This document shows positions 39,647 through 49,770 of a stretch of DNA of 64,000 bases, piece after piece (positions within the stretch are counted from its first letter, which is position 1; the number at the start of each line of letters is the position of its first letter). The position numbers and the translations under genes are program-made. Source of the stretch: an uncultured bacterium (GTDB taxonomy: Bacteria > Planctomycetota > UBA1135 > GCA-002686595); the NCBI GenBank assembly GCA_943787795.1, contig CALSNU010000006.1:128001-192000 (forward strand). The letters run 5' to 3'. Below the pieces are notes generated by a model. The model saw only the letters and a program-made list of their open reading frames with translations. It was not told where the DNA came from and ran no database searches.

Positions 39647-42130
39647 TCAGGAGAGGCCAGCCAGATCGGGCGCCTCGATGGAGAGGATCTCGACCTCGAT
39701 ATCACCGCCGGGCAACTGAACGGTGCTCTGCTCGCCGGTGCTGGCCCCGAGCAGGCCCTTGGCCAGCGGCGCGCGGTACGAGATCACCTGGGTGTCAAGC
39801 ACCCGGTCCTCGTCCCAGGGTCCGAGGAGCAGCACCGTCGCCTCCTTGTTCTCGGAGAGGTCCCGGTAGTGAACCTTGGTTCCCGGGCAGACCGTGTCCT
39901 CGATGACCGCGGCCTCCTCGATCAGGTCGGTGAGGCGGAGCTCCTCCTCCATTTCCATGGCGCGGGCCGTCAGGTTGCGCTGCTCCTCGATGGCAGCTTC
40001 CCACTCGGAGTTCTCCGAGAGGTCTCCGAACGACGCAGCCCGCCCGATGGCGTCCTGGTTCTCGGGGATCTTGATCTCACGCAGCTCCTTGAGCTCGAGC
40101 GAGCGACGTCGAAGGCCGGCCCGCGTGGTCCAGACCGTCTCTCCTTCCCAGAAGAAGCCGGCGTCCTGGGCGAAGAACTGACGGTCCTTGCTGAGGGCGA
40201 TCTCCGTGATCAGGTTGTCGATCTCGCTGTCGACGCCGCGGCTGGCCGTGACGTTGGCGCTCCGGAGCGCGGAGACGTCCGCGGTGGAGAAGAGCTGGCG
40301 CAGCATGGGGTTGTCCCCCTTGCAGAGGTAGTCCGTCAGACGGCCCGAGATCCGGGTCAGCTGGGGGTTGCCACGTCGCTCCTGGAACGTGTTGACCGCC
40401 AGGGCGAGCAGCGCCTGACCGCGCTGAACGGGGGTCGGCATGTCGTCGTGCACGCCACCGTCCTCGTAGCGCTCGGCGAGGACGATCATCAGCGTCGGGT
40501 TGCGGAGGGGGCGGGCCAGGAGGCCCGAGTAGTGGCTCCGCAGCTCACCGTCGTGGCCAGCGGCGACGATCCGGTCGACCAGCGGCCTCACCTGACCTGG
40601 CGCCGCGTGCTGAAGCTGGGGGAGGACGTCCTCTACCCAGGCGAAGTCGTCCTCTTTTTCCTCCGCGTCAGCGTCCTTCACTTCCGCGGGGGCGTCTTCT
40701 GCGGTCGCTGAATCAGAGTCGGCTGAATCGGCTTCAGCCGCATCAGGCCCAGCGGCATCAGACTCAGCCGTATCAGACTCAGCCGTATCAGACTGGGGGG
40801 CCGCTTCCGCGGCAGGCTCATCCGCCGCAGGCTCCGCTCCGTCCGTGGCCTCGACCTCGAGCGCGGCCACCTCGGCCTGGGCCTCGGCGAGCTGAGCATC
40901 GACCGCCTCCAGCGCGAGCTGGGCGCCCCCGGTGCCGAATAGCTCCGGGAGAATGGCGACCGACCGCTCCTGGTCCTTGGCGCCAGGCAGGGCCTGGAAG
41001 AGCTTCCAGATCTCGGGCGGCTGGGAGGGGTCCGGCGGGGCCGGGGCCTGGGTGACCTCGTAAAGAACCCGGCGCATGAGCTTGGGCGAGGCTCCCTGCT
41101 TGTCTCGCAGCATGAGCCACGCGGCGAGGCGCTCGGGGAGCGGCTCGGCCTCGGATGCCGCGGCCGTCTCGAGCTCCTGGATGGCAATGGCGGCGAGGTC
41201 GTCGGCGACGCCCTCACCGACAAAGAGGTCGCGCACACGGGCGTGCACCTCGGACACATTCGAGGCCCGCTGCAGCAGGCGCTTCAGCGCCTCGCCCGGG
41301 TCCTTCTTGACCAGAAGCTGCGTCACCGTCGACTTCTGGGGGGTGCCGCTGACCTCGATCTCATCGGAGTTCTCGGCGAGCTTGCGAGCCTTGCGCCACC
41401 AGGCCGACCAGGCGCTGCCCTCGATGCCGATCTGCATCATGGCGGTCTTGATCGTGGTGGTGGTGGCGCGACCGTTGTGCCGGAGTAGGATCGCGTTGAG
41501 GGCGTCCAGCGGAGCCTTCTTGACCTCCTTCTTCAGCTCCTCCGCGTCCTTGAGGGACCTCGAGCGCAGGTCCTTCTCGGGGAGCGGATCAAAGATGTCC
41601 ATGGCCGCGTTCAGCGGGAACTTGTCCTCTCGCCCATTCCAGAACCGGACACGTGCGTATCCGTCTGAAGCGTTCATCTCCAGCACCTCCCCGACACCCC
41701 AGCCGCCAGGGTGGAAGACCGTGCTCCCGGGCTGGAAGGCCAGCAGCTTGGCCATCTTCTTCCAGGGGGTCCGCAGGTCAGGGGCGCCCTCGGCGAAGCC
41801 GGTGACCTCCTTGAAGACCGGATACCACGCCTCGTCCGACCATGCCTTCTCGCAGGCTCCGTGGAGGGGCTCTGCGAGTTCGCCGGGGTTGCCGCCGGCG
41901 GCCAGCGAGGCGCCGAGGACCAGGGCCGCGTCGGCGGCACGATCCGCTCCGATCAAGGCCTCGGCGTGCTCCCTCGCCTGTCCGACCAGGCGGCCTGCGC
42001 GCTTCTTCTCTCCGGCGAGCTTGAGGGCGGGAAGGAGCTCGTCGATCGGTCCGCCGGTCGAGCGGAGCTCGGCCCAGGCGTCGTCGAACTCTTGCCACAT
42101 TTCCTTGGTGACGAGGAGGGGAAGGGTCAT
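39647..42130 (-). CDS. greA: GreA/GreB-family elongation factor with a very large N-terminal extension
   Basis: C-terminal AIGRAASFGDLSENSEWEAA and ISYRAPLAKGLLG; about 670 aa N-terminal region. Confidence 0.88.
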   Translation of the reverse strand: MTLPLLVTKEMWQEFDDAWAELRSTGGPIDELLPALKLAGEKKRAGRLVGQAREHAEALIGADRAADAALVLGASLAAGGNPGELAEPLHGACEKAWSDEAWYPVFKEVTGFAEGAPDLRTPWKKMAKLLAFQPGSTVFHPGGWGVGEVLEMNASDGYARVRFWNGREDKFPLNAAMDIFDPLPEKDLRSRSLKDAEELKKEVKKAPLDALNAILLRHNGRATTTTIKTAMMQIGIEGSAWSAWWRKARKLAENSDEIEVSGTPQKSTVTQLLVKKDPGEALKRLLQRASNVSEVHARVRDLFVGEGVADDLAAIAIQELETAAASEAEPLPERLAAWLMLRDKQGASPKLMRRVLYEVTQAPAPPDPSQPPEIWKLFQALPGAKDQERSVAILPELFGTGGAQLALEAVDAQLAEAQAEVAALEVEATDGAEPAADEPAAEAAPQSDTAESDTAESDAAGPDAAEADSADSDSATAEDAPAEVKDADAEEKEDDFAWVEDVLPQLQHAAPGQVRPLVDRIVAAGHDGELRSHYSGLLARPLRNPTLMIVLAERYEDGGVHDDMPTPVQRGQALLALAVNTFQERRGNPQLTRISGRLTDYLCKGDNPMLRQLFSTADVSALRSANVTASRGVDSEIDNLITEIALSKDRQFFAQDAGFFWEGETVWTTRAGLRRRSLELKELREIKIPENQDAIGRAASFGDLSENSEWEAAIEEQRNLTARAMEMEEELRLTDLIEEAAVIEDTVCPGTKVHYRDLSENKEATVLLLGPWDEDRVLDTQVISYRAPLAKGLLGASTGEQSTVQLPGGDIEVEILSIEAPDLAGLS

Positions 42131-42337
42131 GTCGGCTCTTGGTGGTGGCGACACCAGTGGGGTCCGGGTCGCCGGGTGGGCGCCCGGAGACGGGCGCGAA
42201 TTTCTTGGATAAGGCAGCGCCCCCGCGATCGGTACAACCGAATCGCAGGGGCGCTTTGAGGAGTGTGCAGATCCCCACCCCCGCCGTCTACTTTTCCTGA
42301 CCTTCTCCGGGGGAACTTCCGGAGAGCTCGATCAGGA

Positions 42338-43528
42338 TCAGTCGACCGCGAGCAGCAGGCCCTTGAGGTAGCGCGATCGTCCGAAGTCGGGACGCTGCGG
42401 GTGATCATGGGAGGCCCCCATGGTCTCGAGGAGCCGGACGTCTCGCTCGGCGCGGCGCGCTGCCTGGAAGATCAGACCCGCGAAGCCGGGCAGATCCAGC
42501 GCGCCCGAGCACGAGAAGGTCGCGAGCAGACCGCCGGGCGCGGTGGCCGCCATGCCGAGAGCGTTGAGGTCGCGGTACTTGATCTTGGCAGCCTCGAGGT
42601 CCCGGGTCCCCTTGGCGAGCTTGTGCGGGTCAAGGATCACCAGCCCTGGCCGGCGGCTGCCTCCGGCCACCTCCCTGAGCACGTCAAAGGCGTCTGCGTG
42701 TCGCACCTGGACCTCGGCCTTGTTCTCACGGGCGGCTTGATCGGCGCGCGCCAGCGGCTCCTCATCAAGATCCACGGCCCGGACGCTGTGGGCACCGGCG
42801 AGCGCCGCAGGGATGCTGAAGCCGCCCGCGTGGCAGCACAGGTCAAGCACGTCCCGACCCCGCGCGAGGTCAGCGACCTTGCGACGATTATCGCGCTGGT
42901 CGCAGAACCAGCCCGTCTTGTGGCTGGCCCCCGGGTGCACGAGGAACCGGACGCCGAACTCATGGATGTAGCGGGGCTCGACCTCGTCGCCGTCCCGGCC
43001 TGGGTCAGCCTCGGGGAAGCCCTCGGGACCACGGGCGGTCCTGGCGAAGCGGTGGAGCACGGCGTGCCCCGGGAGCAGCTCCTGGAGGATGGACCCGACC
43101 ATTTCTCGGAGCTCCCAGAACCCCAGGCTGTGGTACTGGCAGACCAGGGCGTCGCCGAGCTTGTCGACGATGAGGCCGGACAGGTCGTCCCCCTCGGCGT
43201 GCACGATGCGATACGCGTCTGTGACATTCTCAAGCCCGAGGACCCGTCGACGGAGCCGCAGGGCGGCTGCGATGAGGCGCTGGAGATGCTGCCGGGGGCG
43301 CTCCAGGTCGCTCCTCCGGCCCCGACTCAGCATCCGGAGACGGATGTCAGAGGTGGAGTTGTAGAGCGCGTGTCCGCAGAATCGACCCGCACGATCGATG
43401 ACCTCCACGATGGAACCGTCCCTCGCGACGGGGCCGTCGGGGCCGTAGTCGTCCGTGAGTCGAGCGTAGACCCAGGGGCCCGGAGGGATTCGGTCCACCG
43501 CCAGGTGGACTTGTTCGTAAGGGGGCAT
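42338..43528 (-). CDS. rlmI: RlmI/RlmK-family rRNA methyltransferase
   Basis: PUA-like N-terminus, AYRIVHAEGDDLSGLIVD, KTGWFCDQRDNR, ILDP and FSCS motifs. Confidence 0.85.
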   Translation of the reverse strand: MPPYEQVHLAVDRIPPGPWVYARLTDDYGPDGPVARDGSIVEVIDRAGRFCGHALYNSTSDIRLRMLSRGRRSDLERPRQHLQRLIAAALRLRRRVLGLENVTDAYRIVHAEGDDLSGLIVDKLGDALVCQYHSLGFWELREMVGSILQELLPGHAVLHRFARTARGPEGFPEADPGRDGDEVEPRYIHEFGVRFLVHPGASHKTGWFCDQRDNRRKVADLARGRDVLDLCCHAGGFSIPAALAGAHSVRAVDLDEEPLARADQAARENKAEVQVRHADAFDVLREVAGGSRRPGLVILDPHKLAKGTRDLEAAKIKYRDLNALGMAATAPGGLLATFSCSGALDLPGFAGLIFQAARRAERDVRLLETMGASHDHPQRPDFGRSRYLKGLLLAVD

Positions 43529-43597
43529 CCGCGGATCCTACTCCCGGCGCCAACCCCCGGGGGCCTTCGGGGGCCCCTTCCGACCACCACATCAGCC

Positions 43598-45751
43598 ATG
43601 CACGTCCTCCTCATCGAGACCATCGCCCTCATCGGCGCCACCGTCCACACCATGGAGCCCGGCCCGGACCCTGGCGGGGTTGTCGCTGCGGGCCCTGCGG
43701 TGGTGCTCATCGAGGACGGCCTGATTGTCGCCGTGGGGCCAGACGTCGAAATTCCGGCGGACGCGGAGCGGATCGAGCTCACTGGCCTCCACCTCGTCCC
43801 CGGGTTGACCGATGGGTGGTGCAGCTATGACCCGGATCAAGATCCGCTCTGGCTCGCGTCGGGGGTCACGACGGTGAGGGACATCGGCGCCTCGGCGGCC
43901 CAGGGCGTGTACCTCAAGTCCCTCGCGCTCCAGAGCCCCAGTCCGAGCCCACAGCTGCTCATCGGGTCTCCCATGTTCTTCGACGGACGACGATCCCAAG
44001 CTGGTGAGTTTGGACTCGGGGCCCCAGAGCAAGCCGCAGAGCAGATCGCCGAACTCCTCGAACTCGTCCAGGAGAGCAACGGAGCCTTCGACTACTTCAA
44101 GCACGACGGGAGCCTTGACGAGGGGCAGCTGCGAGTGGTCTGCCAGGCTGGCCTCGCCTACGGCGTCGAGTCGTGGGGCCCCGTCCCCCGAGAGGTCGGC
44201 ATCCTTCGTGCACGCGCAGCGGGTCAGTCAGGCCTCGTTGGCCTCGGGTCATTGCTGCCTGAGGGCGCCGACTTCGGGACCCTGTCCGAGGCGCAGGAGG
44301 CGGCACTGAACGCCTCCATCAACGATCTCGCGGAGGGCGACTGGAAGGTGGCGCCGGCGATGATGAGCCTCGCTCGCATCCTCCGCTCGAGCGGCCCCGA
44401 GGAGCCGGAGATCATGGCTGCCCTCGGACTCAACTACCTGAGCCAGTGGCGCTCCGAGCTGGAGACCTTCCAGATGCTCAGGGCCACCCAGGGCGACGCG
44501 CTGCTGGCTGCGGTGAAGGCTGAGCGCGAGACCCTTCGTAGGATCCACGAGGCCGGGATTCAGCTGGTCCCTTCCTCCGGTGCCCCGAGCCCAGCAATCG
44601 CGCCGGGTGGGGGCCTGGTGGACGAGCTCGAGGAGTGGGTCGCCGCTGGCATCCCCACGGAGGAGGTCCTCGCCCTCGCCACCCGCGGCGCAGCGGAGGC
44701 GGTGGGCGGAGCGGTGCCCGCTGGACGCGTCGCCCCCGGGTACGCCGCCGACCTGTTGGCCCTCTCCAGTGATCCGCGTCGCTCGATCGGCGCTCTGCGG
44801 GCCCCCGAGGTGATGATCCTGAAGGGCAAGGTGCGAGAGGGGTTCGAGCTGGAAGAGAGCGTGGTTCAGCTCGTCGAGGCCGAGGCTGCGGCGAGGCTCG
44901 CGCGCTCCCGCCCGGTGCCCCTTGATCCCCCTCCCATGCCGTCTGGAGAGCTCAAGGCCTCCGGGGTTCTGGAGGTCAAGCTCTACGGTGAGCGCACAGC
45001 CACCGAACGCTACGCCGTGGTTGAGCTGCCCAAGGGGCGGACCGCCTACGGTGCACGGGTCCGGTATGCCGGGCCGCCGGGACGGCCCGCAGTGGAGATG
45101 GTGGTGGTCCAGGTGATTCACGAGGGGCTTGTGGAGTTCCTCGACATGACCCTCAACGAGGTCGACGAGGCCGGGGTGCCGCAGAGGAAGGACGGCATCA
45201 ACCGCTTCCTCGCGAGGGCGCGGCCGGTGGGGGCGACCGGCCGGCTCGCCCTTGAACGGTTGGGAGATGGTCGGCTCATCGGGAGCGTGCGGGTTCCGGA
45301 ACCGATCGCCGCGGTCGAGGGCAGCATGGCCCTGCTGGGCCTGATTGCCGGGAAGCACTTTCCGGAGGGGCCGAGCTTCGTGATTCGCTTCGATGCCGTG
45401 CAGATGGAGCCGGTGGTCGAGCGGCGGATCCTCACCGTGGACCCCGTGCTCCACCGGTTGGACCTGGGTGGTCGCGGCACGATCAACACGTACGGGCTCA
45501 GTGGCGACGGAGCCATCCTGTTCGCGGTCACGGCAGACACGCGGAGCCGGACCGAGGGGGTGCCGCTGATCGGGACCCTTGACGATGAAGTGAGCGCGCT
45601 CGCCATCGATCAGAAACGGACGTACACCGGGGACCCGACCACCTGGGCCGATGATGCGCTGGCCAGGCCAGCGTCCGCACCGATCTCTGACCCAACCGCT
45701 GCGGGGACCTCAAAGGAGGCTGGTCCGGCGACTGGAGCGGGAGGAAAATGA
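43598..45751 (+). CDS. Amidohydrolase-fold protein with degenerate metal ligands and a C-terminal extension
   Basis: VLIEDGLIVAVG, PGLTD, SGVTTVRD, ATRGAAEAVG and GRVAPGYAADL; HxH and GTD motifs are replaced. Confidence 0.8.
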   Translation: MHVLLIETIALIGATVHTMEPGPDPGGVVAAGPAVVLIEDGLIVAVGPDVEIPADAERIELTGLHLVPGLTDGWCSYDPDQDPLWLASGVTTVRDIGASAAQGVYLKSLALQSPSPSPQLLIGSPMFFDGRRSQAGEFGLGAPEQAAEQIAELLELVQESNGAFDYFKHDGSLDEGQLRVVCQAGLAYGVESWGPVPREVGILRARAAGQSGLVGLGSLLPEGADFGTLSEAQEAALNASINDLAEGDWKVAPAMMSLARILRSSGPEEPEIMAALGLNYLSQWRSELETFQMLRATQGDALLAAVKAERETLRRIHEAGIQLVPSSGAPSPAIAPGGGLVDELEEWVAAGIPTEEVLALATRGAAEAVGGAVPAGRVAPGYAADLLALSSDPRRSIGALRAPEVMILKGKVREGFELEESVVQLVEAEAAARLARSRPVPLDPPPMPSGELKASGVLEVKLYGERTATERYAVVELPKGRTAYGARVRYAGPPGRPAVEMVVVQVIHEGLVEFLDMTLNEVDEAGVPQRKDGINRFLARARPVGATGRLALERLGDGRLIGSVRVPEPIAAVEGSMALLGLIAGKHFPEGPSFVIRFDAVQMEPVVERRILTVDPVLHRLDLGGRGTINTYGLSGDGAILFAVTADTRSRTEGVPLIGTLDDEVSALAIDQKRTYTGDPTTWADDALARPASAPISDPTAAGTSKEAGPATGAGGK

Positions 45752-46998
45752 GCACGGGACCGGACGCCGATTCAAGCCACGGGAGGGTCGCGACTCCGCT
45801 CAATCGAGAGGTGCCCGTTGCATCACCCGGCGAGTTTGGGCCGCTGCAACTCGGGGACGGACGGGTGAGCGAGCGGGGTCAGCTCCGCGTCTGGCCGCCG
45901 GTGATCCTCGCGCCGATGGCCGGGGTAACCAACCTGGCGTTCCGCTCGCTGTGCCGTGAGTACGGGGCCGGGCTGTACGTCTCCGAGATGATCACCGCGC
46001 GCGGCTACCTCATGGGGAACCGGCTCACGGCGCTGCTCGCCTCTTCCGCGCCAGACGAGAAGCCCCGGTCCGTCCAGGTCTACGGGGCTGACCCCGTGGA
46101 TCTTGGGGAGATGGTCCGCAGCCTCGTGGACGAAGGAGTAGACCACCTCGATATCAACATGGGATGCCCGGTGCCCAAGGTGACCCGCGCGGGAGGAGGG
46201 AGCGCGATCCCATGCAAGCCGAAGCTGCTCGCGCGGCTCGTTCGGGCCATGGTCCAGAACGCTGGCGACGTCCCGGTCACGGTCAAGATGCGCAAGGGCA
46301 TCCACGACGAGCTGCTGACGTTCGAGCAGGCGGGCCTCGCCGCCGCCGCAGAGGGGGCCTCGGCGGTGGGGCTCCACGCGCGCACGGCCGCACAGCTGTA
46401 TTCGGGCGAGGCGGACTGGGACGCTATCGGCCGGCTGGTTGAGGTCCTGGACGTCCCGGTGCTGGGCAACGGTGACATCTGGGAGTCCTTCGACGCCCTG
46501 CGGATGATGCGTCGCACCGGCTGCGCGGGCGTCATCGTGGGGAGGGGCTGCCTGGGAAGGCCGTGGCTCTTCGGCGAGCTGGCCGACGTCTTTGACGGCC
46601 GAGAGCCCGGCGTGCCGCCCGACTTCGGACAGGTCGTCGAGATCATGATGGGGCACGGTCAGCGCCTGGTGGAGCTGTTCGGGGAGACGGTTGGGGTGAG
46701 GCAGATGCGCAAGTGGACCGCCTGGTACACCAAGGGCTTCCGCGGCTCCGCGAGGGTGCGTGGACGCCTCATGCGTATCGAATCCCTTGAAGACATCCGT
46801 ACGGCCGTCGCGGAGCTGGATCATTCGGAGCCCTTCCCCGTGACCGCCCTCCGCGCGATGCGGGCGAAGGGGTCCAAGGTCCAGACGGTCAAGCTGCCCG
46901 AGGGCTACCTCAAGGAGCTCGATGACGACACGCCGCCCAAGGGGCCGCGGACCCTCGACGAGATCGAGGCCTGGGAGAAGGCGCTCAATGGAGGCTGA
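45748..46998 (+). CDS. dusB: tRNA-dihydrouridine synthase DusB
   Basis: LAPMAGVT, DINMGCPVPKV, TVKMR, HARTA and GNGDI; ATGA overlap with the upstream gene. Confidence 0.93.
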   Translation: MSTGPDADSSHGRVATPLNREVPVASPGEFGPLQLGDGRVSERGQLRVWPPVILAPMAGVTNLAFRSLCREYGAGLYVSEMITARGYLMGNRLTALLASSAPDEKPRSVQVYGADPVDLGEMVRSLVDEGVDHLDINMGCPVPKVTRAGGGSAIPCKPKLLARLVRAMVQNAGDVPVTVKMRKGIHDELLTFEQAGLAAAAEGASAVGLHARTAAQLYSGEADWDAIGRLVEVLDVPVLGNGDIWESFDALRMMRRTGCAGVIVGRGCLGRPWLFGELADVFDGREPGVPPDFGQVVEIMMGHGQRLVELFGETVGVRQMRKWTAWYTKGFRGSARVRGRLMRIESLEDIRTAVAELDHSEPFPVTALRAMRAKGSKVQTVKLPEGYLKELDDDTPPKGPRTLDEIEAWEKALNGG

Positions 46999-48262
46999 GG
47001 CGAACATTCAGGACGTGCTGGTCCTCGGGGCGGGTGCAGCAGGGCTCTGGTGCGCGGAGGTCGCGGCCCGTGGTGGGCGCGATGTGCTCGTGCTGGAGAA
47101 GGTCTCCCGGACGGGCACGAAGGTGCTCGCCAGCGGCGGCACCCGGTGCAATATCACCACCACGCTCGGGGCAGCGGAGGCCGGCCGTCTCTTCGGCCCA
47201 AAGGGTGAGCGCTTTGTGCGTGCCGGTTTCCGCAACCTGACCCCGGCAGCGGTCCGAGCGCGCTTCGAGACCTGGGGCGTCCCCACGGAGGAGGCGCCGC
47301 TCGAGAAGATTTTCCCCTCCTCCGGGAACGCGAAGGACGTCCGCGACGCTCTCGAGGGAGCCGCTCGCGGAGCCGGCGCGCGGATCCATCTGGACGACGG
47401 CGCGGTGGCCGTCGAACGGGAGGGCGACGCCTGGGTCGTCCGGACGGCAGCCGGCAATTCGTGGCGGGCCCGAGCTCTGGTGCTGGCGGTGGGTGGGAAG
47501 AGCTACCCCAAGACTGGAACCACGGGTGATGGCTATGCGTGGCTCGAGGCCCTGGGGCTTGAACTGGTGGAACCGGTCCCTGCGCTCGTCCCGCTGACCT
47601 CCGAGGCCCCTTGGGTCCATGAATTGACGGGGATCGCGTGGCAGGGAGGGGAGGCCCGCCTGGAGGACGACGGAGGGCGCGTTCTTGAGCGCCGCCGCCG
47701 CCCGATCATGTTCACCCATCGCGGGGTCTCCGGGCCTGCCTCGATGGACCTCTCCCATCACGTGGCCCGCGGGGCGGGGGCCGACCTTCGCCTTCGCGTG
47801 GACTTCTTCCCAGCCCTCGACCGCGAGGCCCTGCGCGCGGCGCTCGTGGCCTCCGCAGGACTCCCTGGTGCCCCTCGGCTGCAGCGGGCGTTGGGGACGC
47901 TGGAGACGGGGCCCATGCCACGGCGGCTGTTCGACGCCGTGGCGTCGGCGGCCAGCCTCCGAAGCGACGTCGCGGTCAACGGATTGGACCGCAAGAGCCG
48001 CCACGCTTTGGTCGAGGCGATGAAGGGCCTGCCCGTTCCCGTGCACGGCACCGTCGGGTGGGACCACGCCGAGGTCACCGCGGGTGGACTGGCACTGCGC
48101 GAGGTCAACCCTCGGAGCATGGCCGTGAATCGCTGTCCCGGCTTGTTTGTGATCGGAGAGCTCCTCGACCTCAATGGCCCTATCGGCGGCCTCTCGTTTC
48201 AAGCCGCCTTCGCGACGGCGCAGCTGGCGGGCGAGGCGCTCGCTGCGGCAGCGCCCTCCTGA
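46988..48262 (+). CDS. HI0933/YhiN-family flavoprotein
   Basis: GAGAAGL, KVLASGGTRCNIT, GGKSYP.TGTTGDG, FTHRGVSGP, VTAGG and GE.LD..GPIGG. Confidence 0.92.
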   Translation: MEAEANIQDVLVLGAGAAGLWCAEVAARGGRDVLVLEKVSRTGTKVLASGGTRCNITTTLGAAEAGRLFGPKGERFVRAGFRNLTPAAVRARFETWGVPTEEAPLEKIFPSSGNAKDVRDALEGAARGAGARIHLDDGAVAVEREGDAWVVRTAAGNSWRARALVLAVGGKSYPKTGTTGDGYAWLEALGLELVEPVPALVPLTSEAPWVHELTGIAWQGGEARLEDDGGRVLERRRRPIMFTHRGVSGPASMDLSHHVARGAGADLRLRVDFFPALDREALRAALVASAGLPGAPRLQRALGTLETGPMPRRLFDAVASAASLRSDVAVNGLDRKSRHALVEAMKGLPVPVHGTVGWDHAEVTAGGLALREVNPRSMAVNRCPGLFVIGELLDLNGPIGGLSFQAAFATAQLAGEALAAAAPS

Positions 48263-48349
48263 TGCCGCAGGGCGGGCGAGGGTCAAGTCCACGGCCCATA
48301 CCGACGCGGCGCCCCAGCCTTGGCAGCGGAGAAGGTCTCCGGACGACCC

Positions 48350-48460
48350 CCGGGCCACGTCTATCCGGGGCAACGCCTAACGGGGGGCAACGTCTAACGG
48401 GGGGCAACGTCTGACCGGGGGCAGTGTTTAACCGGGGGCAATGCCTACCTCGGGGCACCG
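48350..48460. repeat. About 17-bp degenerate tandem array (CGGGGGGCAACGTCTAA), about 6 units
   Basis: Direct reading; abuts the stop codon of the minus-strand gene at 48445. Confidence 0.8.
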
Positions 48461-49644
48461 CCGCCCTTGGGGGGCGCGCCTACCGGCTCCGGCGCGGGTG
48501 CAGGGGGCCGGGGATCGAAGGCCCCGTATTCCCTGAGGATGCCCTCGAAGGTTCTCCTGGCCCAGTCCTTGGACTCTTCGAGGCTCTTCATCCTGGCCCT
48601 GGAACGGGCGACGACCTCGGGGTCGTCGTCGGCCTGGGCCGCGCGCTCCTCGAACCACTTCCCCCAGCCCTTCACCGACGGCAGGTCCTCCGCGAGCTTG
48701 ACGGGATCGGAGCTCTGCAGCTCCCAGAAGCCGTTCAGGCGGAGCTTGCTGGGGCCGTAGCCGCCGGGGAGGACCGGATCAGCGGAGAGGTAGGTGCGAG
48801 CGAGGGCTGTCCGTAGAGCCCGATACTTGCGGAGCTTCGCGTAGTGAATACCGAGGCGGTCGTAGAGCGGTCGCTGCTTGCGGCCCGCGACTGGTGCGAC
48901 GAAGCTGCTCCAATCGTCTTCGAGATCGTGCAGCATGCCGAGACACTCCACATCGGGCATCTCGATCTCGGTGCCTGAGGACCAGGCCTCGTACAGCGTG
49001 ATCTCGCGATAGGCGTTTCCGCTCCGGTCCGAGTAGGCGTGAGAGAAGGCCCTGGCCTCAGCGCGGACCTCCCCGCCGTCCAGCTGCTGCTCCACGAGGG
49101 CCTCCACGAGATCGGTGTAGGGGCTGAGCCCGCGGCAGGCGTTGAAGGCGATCCGCTCGGGTTCGTCCCAGCGGGCCTCCATGGCGACGCTGCCGGCGCT
49201 CCAGTCATACCCATAGGCGGGCCTCAGGTCTCGCACACGGCGACCTCCGACCAGCTTCTCCACGGTCGCGCTGAACCTCGGCTTGGAGGTGTCCACGAAC
49301 TTTCTGGGGATGAGCTGCGCCGGGGCGTGCTTGGCCGTGTCGTACAGCGGCGGCTGCTCCGACGCGGCGGGCCAGTCGAAGCGGTTGGCGCGGTGCTGAT
49401 CGAGGACAAAGCGCTCCAGCGTGGACCGGAAGTCCTTGGCGCGGTCGCACTCGGCGACGAACCAATCCACGGTGTCCTTTTGATCCGCCGGTGAGAGCCC
49501 CTGCCAGGCTGCGAAGAGCTCCGCGTCCTTGGGCGCTGAGTTCGAGGGAGCGGTCTCCCCCGACTGCGCTTGGGCCGAGGCAATGGGCAGGAGAGCGAGC
49601 AGCGGAGCGGCGAACACGCGCCGCGTCTTGGAGTGCGAGACCAT
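48445..49644 (-). CDS. Secreted hypothetical protein
   Basis: Signal peptide ending AQA; 399-aa ORF with GC3 bias; no recognised motif. Confidence 0.75.
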   Translation of the reverse strand: MVSHSKTRRVFAAPLLALLPIASAQAQSGETAPSNSAPKDAELFAAWQGLSPADQKDTVDWFVAECDRAKDFRSTLERFVLDQHRANRFDWPAASEQPPLYDTAKHAPAQLIPRKFVDTSKPRFSATVEKLVGGRRVRDLRPAYGYDWSAGSVAMEARWDEPERIAFNACRGLSPYTDLVEALVEQQLDGGEVRAEARAFSHAYSDRSGNAYREITLYEAWSSGTEIEMPDVECLGMLHDLEDDWSSFVAPVAGRKQRPLYDRLGIHYAKLRKYRALRTALARTYLSADPVLPGGYGPSKLRLNGFWELQSSDPVKLAEDLPSVKGWGKWFEERAAQADDDPEVVARSRARMKSLEESKDWARRTFEGILREYGAFDPRPPAPAPEPVGAPPKGGGAPR

Positions 49645-49770
49645 GCCGCCATCATCCCTGTCCGAGGGCGGGGGGTCTAGAACCCCGAGGAAAGCCTCGG
49701 GTTCAACCCTTCATTCGTTGCCGGCGCTGCTCGCCGAGACAAGCAGCGACGCTCAGCCGTGCGGGGTCCC

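Noticed and set aside
42263..43597. 1162-aa ORF suggesting a giant amidohydrolase fusion
   Set aside because: The first 445 codons are the antisense shadow of rlmI; the real gene most likely starts at ATG 43598
49681..49704. GAGGAAAG resembling the RNase P RNA 5' motif
   Set aside because: It is just a short hairpin (CCCGAGG-AAAG-CCTCGGG); the remaining RNase P conserved regions are absent
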